Part shown: positions 1 through 9,777 of the stretch, piece after piece
Numbering within the stretch: the stretch's first letter is position 1
How the letters are laid out: every line of letters begins with the position of its first letter
Origin: a bacterium
GTDB lineage: Bacteria; Patescibacteriota; Minisyncoccia; UBA6257; WO2-44-18
DNA: 64,000 nucleotides
NCBI GenBank assembly: GCA_030646995.1
Contig: JAUSKF010000005.1
Span: forward strand, 75,323-139,322
Reading direction: 5' to 3'
Notes under the pieces: model-generated
Seen by the model: only the letters and a program-made list of their open reading frames with translations
Database searches by the model: none
What the model was told of the DNA's origin: nothing
Program-made: the position numbers and the translations under genes

Positions 1-1769
1 TGATTTTGTGGCTGGCTCTTGGGCAGACCACCGCCATCGGATTTTTGATTGGAGCGGTAGCTTCTTCGGTGGCCGGTTATATCGGTATGAATGTTTCGGT
101 GCGCTCTAATTCCAAAACAGCAGAGGCAGCTCACAAAGGCTTGGGAGCGGCTTTATCTTTGGCATTCAAAGCCGGTTCGGTAACCGGATATATGGTAGTC
201 GCTCTCGGTCTGCTTTCTGTAGCGGGATTTTATTTCCTGACCGGAGATCCGAAATCTTTGATTGGCTTGGGCTTCGGCGCTAGCTTGATCTCTATTTTCG
301 CCCGCTTGGGTGGTGGAATTTTTACTAAAGCCGCCGACGTTGGTACCGACTTGGTTGGTAAGGTAGAAGCAGGAATTCCCGAAGATGATCCTCGGAATCC
401 CGGAGTAATCGCTGATAACGTGGGCGACAATGTTGGTGACTGCGCCGGTATGGCCGCCGACCTTTTTGAAACCTATGCGGTCACTTTGACCGCCGCGATG
501 TTGATTGGGGCGCTTACTTTGTCCGGTGGCCAGCTGGCCTTCCCGTTGGTGCTGGGCGGATTAGCAATCGTTGCTTCAATTTTAGGCGGATTATTCGCAA
601 AACTCGGAAAGAGTAAATCCATAATGGGGGCTTTGTATAAATCTTTGATTTCCGCCTTAGTTATTTCCGCCGGTCTTTTCTATTGGGCCTCGAGTGTTTA
701 TTTTCCCGAAAACACTTTGAACATTTTCTTCGCGACCGTGGTTGGTTTGGTAGTTACGATTCTGATGGTGGTGGTTACTGATTATTACACCGCTAAGAAT
801 TATCGCCCCGTTAAATCTATCGCCGAAGCTTCCCGCTCCGGTCATGGCACGAATATTATTATGGGTCTTTCGGTCGGGATGGAGTCTACTGCCTTGCCGA
901 TTTTGATTATTGTTGGCGGAATTTTGGCGGCCTTCTCCTTGGCCGGACTTTACGGCATCGCTTTGGCGGCAACCGCCATGTTGTCGGTCGCCGGAATCGT
1001 AGTGGCGATTGATTCCTTTGGTCCGATTACTGATAACGCCGGTGGCATCGCCGAAATGTCTAAAGCTCCGCAGGAAGTTCGTGAAATTACCGATGCTTTG
1101 GACGCGGTGGGCAACACCACGAAAGCGGTGACTAAAGGCTATGCCATTGCTTCGGCCGGATTAGCCGCTTTGGTTTTGTTTGCTGGTTATGTGGAAGAGC
1201 TTTCAGCGGTAGCGAAAGATGTGGTTTTTGAATTGCAGGATCCATTTGTGGTGGTCGGCTTATTCTTGGGCGCCGCCATTCCTTTTTTGTTTGGTTCGAT
1301 TGCGATGCGCGCAGTTGGAGAGGCGGCAGGGGCAGTCGTTGAAGAAATCCGTCGTCAATTCCGGGAAATTCCGGGAATTATGGATGGAACCGGTAAGCCG
1401 GACTATGCCCGTGCCGTGGATATCGTTACAAAAGCTGCTCTTGGAAAAATGATTGTGCCGGCGATTTTGCCGATTGCCGCTGTCTTAATTGTCGGTTTCA
1501 CTTTGGGCCCCGCCGCTTTGGGTGGCCTGTTGATCGGAGCGATTGTATCCGGTTTGTTCGTGGCCTTATCAATGACTTCCGGAGGAGCCGCTTGGGATAA
1601 CGCGAAAAAGTATATTGAATCCGCAGGAGCTAAGGGTACTGAGTGGCACAAGGCCGCTGTTACCGGAGATACCGTGGGCGATCCGTATAAAGACACCGCC
1701 GGTCCGGCAATTAACCCGCTTATTAAAGTCATCAGCATCGTAGCGCTTTTGATTGTTCCGCTTCTTTAA
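1..1769 (+). CDS. hppA: H+/Na+-translocating membrane pyrophosphatase (5'-truncated by window start)
   Basis: Translation contains GDNVGDCAG and [10 protein letters not shown], the hallmark motifs of V-type membrane PPase. The protein is multi-TM. It is too short for a full-length protein (about 670-800 aa), so the N-terminus lies upstream of the window. Confidence 0.88.
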   Translation, partial: ILWLALGQTTAIGFLIGAVASSVAGYIGMNVSVRSNSKTAEAAHKGLGAALSLAFKAGSVTGYMVVALGLLSVAGFYFLTGDPKSLIGLGFGASLISIFARLGGGIFTKAADVGTDLVGKVEAGIPEDDPRNPGVIADNVGDNVGDCAGMAADLFETYAVTLTAAMLIGALTLSGGQLAFPLVLGGLAIVASILGGLFAKLGKSKSIMGALYKSLISALVISAGLFYWASSVYFPENTLNIFFATVVGLVVTILMVVVTDYYTAKNYRPVKSIAEASRSGHGTNIIMGLSVGMESTALPILIIVGGILAAFSLAGLYGIALAATAMLSVAGIVVAIDSFGPITDNAGGIAEMSKAPQEVREITDALDAVGNTTKAVTKGYAIASAGLAALVLFAGYVEELSAVAKDVVFELQDPFVVVGLFLGAAIPFLFGSIAMRAVGEAAGAVVEEIRRQFREIPGIMDGTGKPDYARAVDIVTKAALGKMIVPAILPIAAVLIVGFTLGPAALGGLLIGAIVSGLFVALSMTSGGAAWDNAKKYIESAGAKGTEWHKAAVTGDTVGDPYKDTAGPAINPLIKVISIVALLIVPLL

Positions 1770-1784
1770 AGAAATCCGACTTGT

Positions 1785-1817
1785 CCCTCACATAGCTTGC
1801 TATGTGAGGGATTTCCT
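1785..1817 (+). terminator. intrinsic terminator after hppA
   Basis: Perfect 12-bp inverted repeat CCCTCACATAGC/GCTATGTGAGGG with a 2-nt loop, followed by a T-rich tract. Confidence 0.55.
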
Positions 1818-1828
1818 GCTATAATTCC

Positions 1829-2299
1829 TTGGTTCTTCAGCACTTTAAGGAGTTGTCTATGTCCTTTTGGGGCGGGCTCGGAGTCCTCGCGCTGTTGTTC
1901 TTAGGGGTGAGTTTTGTAATTTGTGTGGCGTTGGGAAAACTCCTGAGAGTAAACCGTTTGCAAATGGAGGACTGCGGAATAGCCGATGCCGTTTGGGCAA
2001 TACGGAAATTCATCGATCAAGAGGTTACCGGAGATGTTCAATTCCACATTCGCCGGCGTGATTATTACGACGAGATTGTTCCGGAAGAAGAAGCCGGAAT
2101 TCCGGAGGCGTGCGTTGTCTGCCGGGCATTTGACCGCAAAGATACAGAAAAGGAAGATGCCCGCCCGCCACTTCTAGTGATTGACGGGCACTACATTCCT
2201 CTCTGCTCTGGGCACAAGGATTTCGTAAAGGAATTCGAAGGTCGTATCAAGGAAGGGATTTCTTCTTCTGACGAGTCGGAAAAAGCCCCTTCTGGATAA
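1829..2299 (+). CDS. hypothetical membrane-anchored protein with a Cys/His cluster
   Basis: ORF with an N-terminal hydrophobic segment and a CVVC...CSGH motif. The start is more likely at MSFWGG. No recognisable family. Confidence 0.4.
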   Translation: MVLQHFKELSMSFWGGLGVLALLFLGVSFVICVALGKLLRVNRLQMEDCGIADAVWAIRKFIDQEVTGDVQFHIRRRDYYDEIVPEEEAGIPEACVVCRAFDRKDTEKEDARPPLLVIDGHYIPLCSGHKDFVKEFEGRIKEGISSSDESEKAPSG

Positions 2300-2353
2300 A
2301 ACCAGAAGGGGACCTTATATAAATTATTAATAATTAACAAATAACTTAATTCA

Positions 2354-3262
2354 ATGAAGTCCAGTTTTAAAAAAGTTACAGGTTCGCAAATAGTGGTGGA
2401 AGTTACCTTAGAGCAGGAGGAATTTTTGCCGTATTATAAAAGCGCTTATGACAAGGCGCTGGCTTCAGTGCAAGTGAAAGGCTTCCGCCCGGGTGCCGCG
2501 CCTAAAGAAATGGCTGATCAAGGAGTGGACAAAGAAGCAGTTTTTAATCAGTCCGCGCAGGCGGCAATCCGTTGGAGTTTAGATGAAATTTCCAAAGACA
2601 AAGAATGGACTTTAATTGATGCCCCGAAGGTGGAGGTAGAAGAGGCGAAGTTGGGGATTAAATATAAAGCTACCCTGACTGTTTTTCCGGAGATTAAACT
2701 CGGCAATTATAAAAAAATCGCCAATAAGGTAGTGAGTGAGAAAAAAGAAGTTTCAGTTGAGGCCGGTGAATTGGAAAAAACTTTGGAGTGGCTTCGCCAG
2801 TCCCGCAAAGAAGGCGAGAAGGTCCCGGAATTGAATGATGAGTTTGCAAAAACAGTCGGGAAATTCCAAACCCTTGAGGAGTTGAAGAAAAACGTGAATG
2901 AAGGAATTTTGATGGAGAAGCAATTCAAGGAGCGGGACAGGCTACGTTTGAAAATGCTGGAAGAAATAATCAAAGCTTCGGAAATTGATTTGCCTTTGAT
3001 TATGGTGGAGAAAACAGAGGCGAGTATGGCCAAGCAGCTTGCCGCGATGCTGAAGGCTTCTGGTAAAACCGACGAGCAGATTCACAAAGAACTACACGAG
3101 CGCGCCGGCCATAACGTGATGAGCAACCTAATAATTTATAAGATTGCCCAAGATGAGAAGTTGGAGCCTACTCCGGAAGAGGTTGGAGAAGAGGGGGATT
3201 ACAACTATAATTATGGTGTGCTTCTGAATGAGAAAGTTTACGCATTCCTAGAGAAACAATAG
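2354..3262 (+). CDS. tig: trigger factor (short form)
   Basis: N-terminal ribosome-binding domain with a GFRPGxAP motif. Canonical tig-clpP adjacency. At 302 aa it is much shorter than E. coli TF. Confidence 0.72.
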   Translation: MKSSFKKVTGSQIVVEVTLEQEEFLPYYKSAYDKALASVQVKGFRPGAAPKEMADQGVDKEAVFNQSAQAAIRWSLDEISKDKEWTLIDAPKVEVEEAKLGIKYKATLTVFPEIKLGNYKKIANKVVSEKKEVSVEAGELEKTLEWLRQSRKEGEKVPELNDEFAKTVGKFQTLEELKKNVNEGILMEKQFKERDRLRLKMLEEIIKASEIDLPLIMVEKTEASMAKQLAAMLKASGKTDEQIHKELHERAGHNVMSNLIIYKIAQDEKLEPTPEEVGEEGDYNYNYGVLLNEKVYAFLEKQ

Positions 3263-3279
3263 GCCAAAACTAACGACAA

Positions 3280-3894
3280 ATGACTAACGACAAAAGAGAA
3301 ATAAGAAACGATTATTTGATACCGACAGTCATTGAGCGCGTCCCGGGAGGCGAGCGAGCTTTTGATATTTACTCCAAGCTATTGAAAGAGCGCATTATTT
3401 TCTTGGGCGGTCAGATTAATGACGGCTTGGCTAATGTAGTCATTGCCCAGCTTTTGCACTTGGAGCATGAAGATCCGAAGAAAGATATTAAGCTTTATAT
3501 CAACAGCCCGGGAGGTTCGGTGACTGCCGGTTTGGCAATCTACGACACTATGCAATACGTGAAGCCCGACGTTTCCACGATTTGTGTTGGTATGGCGGCT
3601 TCCATGGGGGCAGTTTTGCTGGCGGCCGGAAAAAAGGGAAAGCGTATTTCTTTGCCTAATTCGGAAATAATGTTGCATCAGGTGATGGGAGGCGCTGAAG
3701 GCCAAGCCGTGGAGGTAGAGATTGCCGCTAAGCATATTTTGAAGATTAAGGATCGCTTGAATCACATTCTCGCCAAGCATACCGGTCAGACATTGGCGAA
3801 GATTGAAAAAGACACCGACAGAGATTATTTCATGAGTGCGGAAGAAGCGAAGGCTTACGGGGTAGTAGATGAGATAATTAAGAGCAAGAAATAA
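3280..3894 (+). CDS. clpP: ATP-dependent Clp protease proteolytic subunit
   Basis: Strong ClpP signature: [12 protein letters not shown], the catalytic region MAASMGA, and the expected length. Confidence 0.95.
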   Translation: MTNDKREIRNDYLIPTVIERVPGGERAFDIYSKLLKERIIFLGGQINDGLANVVIAQLLHLEHEDPKKDIKLYINSPGGSVTAGLAIYDTMQYVKPDVSTICVGMAASMGAVLLAAGKKGKRISLPNSEIMLHQVMGGAEGQAVEVEIAAKHILKIKDRLNHILAKHTGQTLAKIEKDTDRDYFMSAEEAKAYGVVDEIIKSKK

Positions 3895-4139
3895 GGTTAA
3901 CTTCTTTAGCTTCCCTCAACCCGGAAATTTTATCCCAGCGAAAAATTTCCTTGTCCTCGCAACGGCGGGGTTTTTATGTCGCGTTCGCTCCAAATTATAT
4001 AAAAACCACCTAGCCCGCCTGCTGTGGGGTTTCGGATAAGCCAAAGAAGCTCCACTCAGTCTAATTTGACATTAGACATTTTGCATTCTATTATCTAGCC
4101 AGCATTGCGATTGAAGTTTACAAGGAAAGAGGAGGTCAG

Positions 4140-4391
4140 ATGTTCGGAATGTCGATTTTTACCGTGGCGTTCGTAGTTTTCCTGATTGGCTACGCGATTC
4201 ATTATATGAAGGGCGAGGAACCGAATGCGACTTGGTGTTTGGTGATGATGGTTTGTGGAGCGGTGATGACGCTTGGCAACGTGCTCGGTCTTTTGATGGG
4301 GAGCCTCATTTCGGGATTGCTGCTTTTTATGACCGTCCCAATGACGGTTCAGTATTATCGGATGTGGCAGATAAAAAAGAGAGGATGGTAA
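4140..4391 (+). CDS. small hydrophobic membrane protein, hypothetical
   Basis: 83-aa ORF with two predicted TM helices, a strong RBS (aaagaggaggtcag) and an upstream TTGACA-N17-TATTAT promoter at about 4068-4096. Confidence 0.45.
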   Translation: MFGMSIFTVAFVVFLIGYAIHYMKGEEPNATWCLVMMVCGAVMTLGNVLGLLMGSLISGLLLFMTVPMTVQYYRMWQIKKRGW

Positions 4392-4446
4392 ATTTTCAGC
4401 CCCCTGCGTTTTGCGGGGGTTTTTCTTTTCAGTTAGAATAAAAGGA

Positions 4447-5586
4447 ATGAATGAAAATCTTTTAACTCGCGGGATAGAGGACGTAATCGTGAAGGAGCAT
4501 CTGGAGGAGGCTTTATCCGCCAGCCGGCGGACCGGTAAAAAGTTACGGATTAAGTTCGGCGCTGATCCGACCGCGCCCGACCTTCATTTGGGCCATGCCG
4601 TAGTTCTGCGAAAGCTGAAAGAGTTCCAAGATGCCGGGCATCAGATCGTTTTGATCATCGGGGATTACACCGCCAAGATTGGCGACCCGTCGGGCCGCTC
4701 CAAAACTCGCCCATCGCTAACCGACAAAGAGATTAAGGTAAATGCCAAGACTTATTTCAAGCAAGTTGGAAAGATTTTGAACTTGCGCAAAACGGAAGTC
4801 CAATACAACAGTAAGTGGTTCAAAAAAATGAGGTTTGCCGACGTGCTGGAGTTAATGGCAAAATTTACCACTCAACGAATTTTGGAGAGAGACGATTTCA
4901 CTAAACGCATCAAAGAGGGGGTAGAGGTCTATTCGCACGAACAAGTTTATCCGATGATGCAGGCCTATGATTCAATCATGGTGAAAGCCGATGTAGAAGT
5001 TGGCGGCACCGATCAGCGGTTTAATATGCTCGCAGGCCGCGATCTCCAGCGTCATATGGGTTTGCCCGAGCAGGATGTGATCACCTTTCCGCTTTTGGTT
5101 GGCACCGATGGAGAAAAGAAAATGTCCAAGTCCCTGGGTAACTATATCGGCATTACTGAAGCGCCGGATATGATGTTTGGCAAAGTGATGTCAATTCCCG
5201 ATAAGTTGCTGGAGCAGTATTACAAGCTTTGCACCAGCCAAGAGCGCACCCTACCCGACCCGCGCGAGGCAAAGCTTCGTTTGGCAAAGCTGATAGTGAC
5301 GCAATATCACAGCGAGAAAGAAGCAGAAAAGGCGGAACAGGAATTTATTCGGGTGGTTTCGCATGGCGAGGCGCCGGCGGATCGGCCTAAGCGCAAGGAC
5401 TTGGCGGGAAAATCAATTCTCGATGCGATTAGTGTAGTCAATATAGTTTCCAGCAGGAGCGAAGCTCGTCGCTTGATAGAGCAGGGAGGCGTGGAGATAA
5501 ATGGCAAAAAAGTCTCCGACCCTAATGGGATAGTCCCATCCGGAGCCACCGTAAAAGCAGGCAAGCGCCACTATTTCGATACTTGA
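4447..5586 (+). CDS. tyrS: tyrosyl-tRNA synthetase
   Basis: Class I HLGH motif (PDLHLGHAV), KMSKS motif and a C-terminal S4 domain. The start is moved to the MNENLL ATG, which has an RBS (aaaggaa). Confidence 0.92.
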   Translation: MNENLLTRGIEDVIVKEHLEEALSASRRTGKKLRIKFGADPTAPDLHLGHAVVLRKLKEFQDAGHQIVLIIGDYTAKIGDPSGRSKTRPSLTDKEIKVNAKTYFKQVGKILNLRKTEVQYNSKWFKKMRFADVLELMAKFTTQRILERDDFTKRIKEGVEVYSHEQVYPMMQAYDSIMVKADVEVGGTDQRFNMLAGRDLQRHMGLPEQDVITFPLLVGTDGEKKMSKSLGNYIGITEAPDMMFGKVMSIPDKLLEQYYKLCTSQERTLPDPREAKLRLAKLIVTQYHSEKEAEKAEQEFIRVVSHGEAPADRPKRKDLAGKSILDAISVVNIVSSRSEARRLIEQGGVEINGKKVSDPNGIVPSGATVKAGKRHYFDT

Positions 5587-5784
5587 GACCTCTTGTGTAA
5601 TTACTTTTCTACTGCAATTTCCATATTTTGGCTACGGCTTTGTAGAAATTTCTTGAAATATAATTTATATATTCCTTCGTAATTTTTACTTTGCCTCGCC
5701 TAAAATCTGGAAGTTTCGTCACGAAAAGAATCACACAAAAGATCTCTGGATAAAAGCGCGAAAATCCTCTATAGTAAGGCCGTT

Positions 5785-8157
5785 ATGAATAAAGGCGGAA
5801 AATTTGCGCGGATAATGAAATTTGGCGGTTCTTCCGTCGGCTCGGCCGAGCGGATAAGGAACGTCGCCAAAATTGTCTTGGACGCCCTTCGGCAGGCTCA
5901 GGGCAAGCCCACAAAAGGCGGGGTTGCCGTGGTGGTTTCCGCTATGCAGGGAGTGACCGACAAGTTGCTGGCTTTGGATTTTGATTTTGTGAAAGAAAAG
6001 CATCTGGCGGCCGCCAAAGAGCTAAAAGTGCCGGCGCCGATGGAATTGCTCAATGAGCTGGAGCTGGTCATCAAGGGTATCAAGCTTTTGGGCGACGCAT
6101 CGCCGATGGCCTTGGATCTTGTCGCCAGTTTTGGCGAGCGCCTCTCTTCGCAGTTGGTCGCCTCTTATTTAAATAAGAAAACTCTTAGTATTGCCGTAGA
6201 TTCCCGTGAATTAGTAAAAACCGATTCCAATTTTCAAAATGCCGCCGTAGATTTCACCGCGACCAATCGCAATATCAAAAAGTTTTTTTCCAAACTCGTC
6301 GTCAGTCGTCAGTCGTCAGTTGTTGTTCCCGTTATCACCGGCTTTATTAGCTCCGATTCTGCGGGCAAGACCACTACGCTGGGCCGAGGCGGCTCCGATT
6401 ATAGCGGGGCAATTTTTGGCGTGGCCTTGGGCGTGGACGTGGTGGAGATCTGGACCGACGCCGATGGAATTATGACGGCCGATCCTAGAATAGTGAAATC
6501 TGCCGCTACTCTTCCCCAGGTCAGCTACGAGGAGGCTTTTGAAATGGCTTATTTCGGGGCTAAGGTGGTTCATCCGGCGACAATGTTGCCCGCTATTAAG
6601 AAAAATATTCCGGTTTTGATTAAAAACACTTTCAATCCGAAGCATCCCGGCACAGTCATCATTGGGTCGGCGGCTAAGGATGGAAAGATTGTAAAGAATG
6701 TTTCGGCAATTGATGGAATGAGTTTAATCAATGTAGGTGGCACAGATTTGGCCGGTGTTCCGGGGACTGCCGAGCGAGTCTTTCGCGCAGTTTCTGAAGC
6801 CAAGGCCAACGTGGTCTTAATCGCCCAAGCATCCTCCGAGCACACTATTTGTTTAGCAGTTAGGAATTTTGAGGCCGATCGGGCGGTGAATGCTATAAAA
6901 AAAGAATTTGAAAACGAGGTGCGGCGCGGGAAGGTGGCAGTCGAGAGGAGAGATAGTCAGAGTATTGTGGCGGTAGTCGGAGATAATATGAGGGGAACGC
7001 CAGGAATAGTGGGTCGTGTTTTCGCCGCGCTTGGCGCGGCGAAGATAAATGTTTCCGCCATCGCGCAGGGCGGCTCAGAGCGGAACATATCTTGTGTGGT
7101 TAATGAAGGCGATAAAACGGCCGCGATCCGGGCGTTGCACCGGGAATTTTTTGAAAACGTCGGAGAGTTGAAGATATTTTTAGTCGGCACAGGAGTGGTC
7201 GGAGGGGAATTACTCAAACAAATCAACTTACAACTTACAACTAACGACTTACAACTGAAGATTTGTGGGATCGCCGATGTTGAGAAGATGTATTTGAGCG
7301 AAAAGGGTATTGATTTAAGGAATTGGAAGAAGTCCGTGAGAGCCGGTGAGAAGACTGACCTTTCGAAATTCATCGCGGAGGCGGCGGTGATGGGGGGTGA
7401 AAAAGTTTTTGTGGATTGCACCGCCAGCGAGAAGATCGCCAAAATGTATCCGCAGTTGGTGAAGTCGGGTTTTCATATAGTCACGCCCAATAAGAAATTC
7501 AATGTCTCTAGCCATAAAGAATACACTAATTTGCGTTCTTTATTGGCGACACATCAAAAATCTTTCCACTATGATGCCAACGTAGGAGCCGGCTTGCCAG
7601 TGATTTCGACAATTAAAAATTTGTTAGCCGCAGGAGACCAAATCAAGAAGATCGAAGGAGTATTCTCCGGCACTTTGAGTTATTTATTCAATAATTTCGA
7701 CGGTAAAAGAAAATTCAGCGATTTAGTGGCCCAAGCTAAGGCTTTGGGTTATACCGAGCCGGATCCGAAAGAGGATCTGAGCGGACAGGATGTAGGAAGG
7801 AAGCTTTTGATCCTTGCCCGAGAAACCGGCTTGCCAGCAGAGCTTGCCGAGGTAAAATTAGAGAACCTAGTGAAGCCCGATAGCTATTTCGCCGGGCGGA
7901 TTAAGAAGGCAAAAGCGAAGAAGTCAGTTTTACGGTATGTGGCGACGGTTCAAAACGGAAGAATGGCGGCATCTTTGAAGGAAGTTCCAATGGGCAACCC
8001 TCTGGCTAGTTTGTCCGGGGCCGACAATGTCTTCGCTATTTACACAAAGTATTATAAAAATCCGCTGGTGATTCGTGGCGCGGGCGCTGGAGCGGAGGTT
8101 ACGGCAGCAGCGGTACTGAACGGAATTCTAAGGATTAAAAATGGAAAAACAAATTAA
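5785..8157 (+). CDS. thrA: bifunctional aspartokinase / homoserine dehydrogenase
   Basis: N-terminal aspartokinase (KFGGSSV), ACT-like middle region, and a C-terminal homoserine dehydrogenase Rossmann fold (LVGTGVVGGEL). Contains two in-frame heptamer repeat insertions (see findings). Confidence 0.9.
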   Translation: MNKGGKFARIMKFGGSSVGSAERIRNVAKIVLDALRQAQGKPTKGGVAVVVSAMQGVTDKLLALDFDFVKEKHLAAAKELKVPAPMELLNELELVIKGIKLLGDASPMALDLVASFGERLSSQLVASYLNKKTLSIAVDSRELVKTDSNFQNAAVDFTATNRNIKKFFSKLVVSRQSSVVVPVITGFISSDSAGKTTTLGRGGSDYSGAIFGVALGVDVVEIWTDADGIMTADPRIVKSAATLPQVSYEEAFEMAYFGAKVVHPATMLPAIKKNIPVLIKNTFNPKHPGTVIIGSAAKDGKIVKNVSAIDGMSLINVGGTDLAGVPGTAERVFRAVSEAKANVVLIAQASSEHTICLAVRNFEADRAVNAIKKEFENEVRRGKVAVERRDSQSIVAVVGDNMRGTPGIVGRVFAALGAAKINVSAIAQGGSERNISCVVNEGDKTAAIRALHREFFENVGELKIFLVGTGVVGGELLKQINLQLTTNDLQLKICGIADVEKMYLSEKGIDLRNWKKSVRAGEKTDLSKFIAEAAVMGGEKVFVDCTASEKIAKMYPQLVKSGFHIVTPNKKFNVSSHKEYTNLRSLLATHQKSFHYDANVGAGLPVISTIKNLLAAGDQIKKIEGVFSGTLSYLFNNFDGKRKFSDLVAQAKALGYTEPDPKEDLSGQDVGRKLLILARETGLPAELAEVKLENLVKPDSYFAGRIKKAKAKKSVLRYVATVQNGRMAASLKEVPMGNPLASLSGADNVFAIYTKYYKNPLVIRGAGAGAEVTAAAVLNGILRIKNGKTN

Positions 8158-9220
8158 GAAATTGAAGGTTGGTATCTTGGGAGCTACCGGTACGGTTGGG
8201 CAGAAGTTTATTGTGCTTTTACAAAATCATCCGTGGTTTGAGGTATCTGCTGTGGCAGCCTCAAAAGAATCAGCCGGGAAAAAATATGAAGAAGCAGTGG
8301 CGGGGAGATGGAAGCAGGAAGTAGATATTCCGGAGTCGGTTCGGGCGATGGTTGTGCAAGATGCCTCCAAGGCGAATTTGAAATGCGATTTTGTGTTTTC
8401 CGGTTTAGACGCGAATGTCGCCGGAGAAATCGAGAAGGCTTTTGCGGTTGCCGGCTATCCGGTGATTTCTAATACGAAAAATTATCGTACCGAGCCGGAT
8501 GTTCCGCTTTTAGTTCCGGAGGTTAATGCTGACCATATTGCCGTAATTCCCGTTCAGCAGGCACGGCGTAAATGGAAGGGTTTTATAGTGACTAATCCTA
8601 ATTGTGTGGCGGTTCCGTTGGCGATGGCGTTGAAGCCGATTCATCAAAAGTTCGGAGTCAGTAAGGTGTTGGTCACTTCCATGCAGGCGATTTCCGGCGC
8701 CGGTTATCCGGGCGTTCCTTCTTTGGATATTTTAGATAATGTAATCCCACAGATCGGCGGCGAAGAGCCGAAAGTGGAATGGGAGCCTTTGAAATTGCTG
8801 GGAGAGTTAAAGAAGTCTGGGTTCAAATTGGCAAATATAAAGATTTCCGCTCATTGCAATCGGGTGCCGACGAAAGATGGGCATTTTTTAACCGTTTCAT
8901 TCAGTACTAGAAAACCGGCGAAGTTAGGAGAGATTAAGCGTTTAATAAAAAATTTCAAAGCCGAGCCGCAGAAATTGAAACTTCCTAGCGCTCCGGAGCA
9001 TCCGCTTTTTTACCACGAAGACAGCTTCCGTCCGCAAACTCGCTTAGACCGAGATCGCGAGGGTGGGATGTCGGTATCAGTCGGCAGACTGCGCGAGGAT
9101 CCAATTTTGGGATTTAAAATGGTAGTACTTGGGCACAATACAATCCGTGGAGCTGCGGGAGTGGCGATTTTAAATGCTGAGCTTTTGTATAAGAAGGGAT
9201 ATTTAAAATCTTGGAAGTAG
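8141..9220 (+). CDS. asd: aspartate-semialdehyde dehydrogenase
   Basis: GILGATGTVGQ NAD-binding N-terminus and an active-site Cys region (HCNRVP). Sits in the thrA-asd-thrC context. Confidence 0.9.
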   Translation: MEKQIKKLKVGILGATGTVGQKFIVLLQNHPWFEVSAVAASKESAGKKYEEAVAGRWKQEVDIPESVRAMVVQDASKANLKCDFVFSGLDANVAGEIEKAFAVAGYPVISNTKNYRTEPDVPLLVPEVNADHIAVIPVQQARRKWKGFIVTNPNCVAVPLAMALKPIHQKFGVSKVLVTSMQAISGAGYPGVPSLDILDNVIPQIGGEEPKVEWEPLKLLGELKKSGFKLANIKISAHCNRVPTKDGHFLTVSFSTRKPAKLGEIKRLIKNFKAEPQKLKLPSAPEHPLFYHEDSFRPQTRLDRDREGGMSVSVGRLREDPILGFKMVVLGHNTIRGAAGVAILNAELLYKKGYLKSWK

Positions 9221-9717
9221 TTCGTGGGATAACTTTGATCGGTATGCCGGGCTCCGGAAAATCGACCATCGGTCGGCTGCTAGCCGAAAAGATTGGTTTT
9301 TCTTTTGTTGACTTAGATAATTTAATCCGAGACCGTGAAGGCAAAACCCACACTCAGATTATTTTGGAAAAAGGAGATAAAGAACTCGTTCGCCTTGAAG
9401 AATTTTATACCGCCACTTTAAATTTAGAAAAAACCGTTTTCGCGCCGGGTGGCAGTATCGTGTATTCGCCGGCGGCAATGGAAAAATTGCGTCAGGAGAC
9501 CGTAGCTATTTATCTTTCAACGCCGATTGACGTGATTCGGAAAAATCTCGGAGATCAAATTGAACAGCGGGGAATAGTTGGCCTGAGAGGAAGGGGGCTC
9601 GAGGGGGTTTTTGCGGAGCGTAGCCCGCTTTACGAAAAATATGCGCATTTTACTGTAGATTGCGGCTCAAAATCTGCCGAAGAGGTATGTGATGCGGTAG
9701 CTGGTCTTATTGTTTAG
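9211..9717 (+). CDS. aroK: shikimate kinase
   Basis: GMPGSGKSTIGRLLA P-loop followed by FVDLD, typical of AroK. Size matches. Confidence 0.8.
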   Translation: MEVVRGITLIGMPGSGKSTIGRLLAEKIGFSFVDLDNLIRDREGKTHTQIILEKGDKELVRLEEFYTATLNLEKTVFAPGGSIVYSPAAMEKLRQETVAIYLSTPIDVIRKNLGDQIEQRGIVGLRGRGLEGVFAERSPLYEKYAHFTVDCGSKSAEEVCDAVAGLIV

Positions 9718-9777
9718 TTTGGCCTATTATATTTCCAGAACTTTGAAGGGCGGACTCTGATAAAAAGAGGAGGCCAA

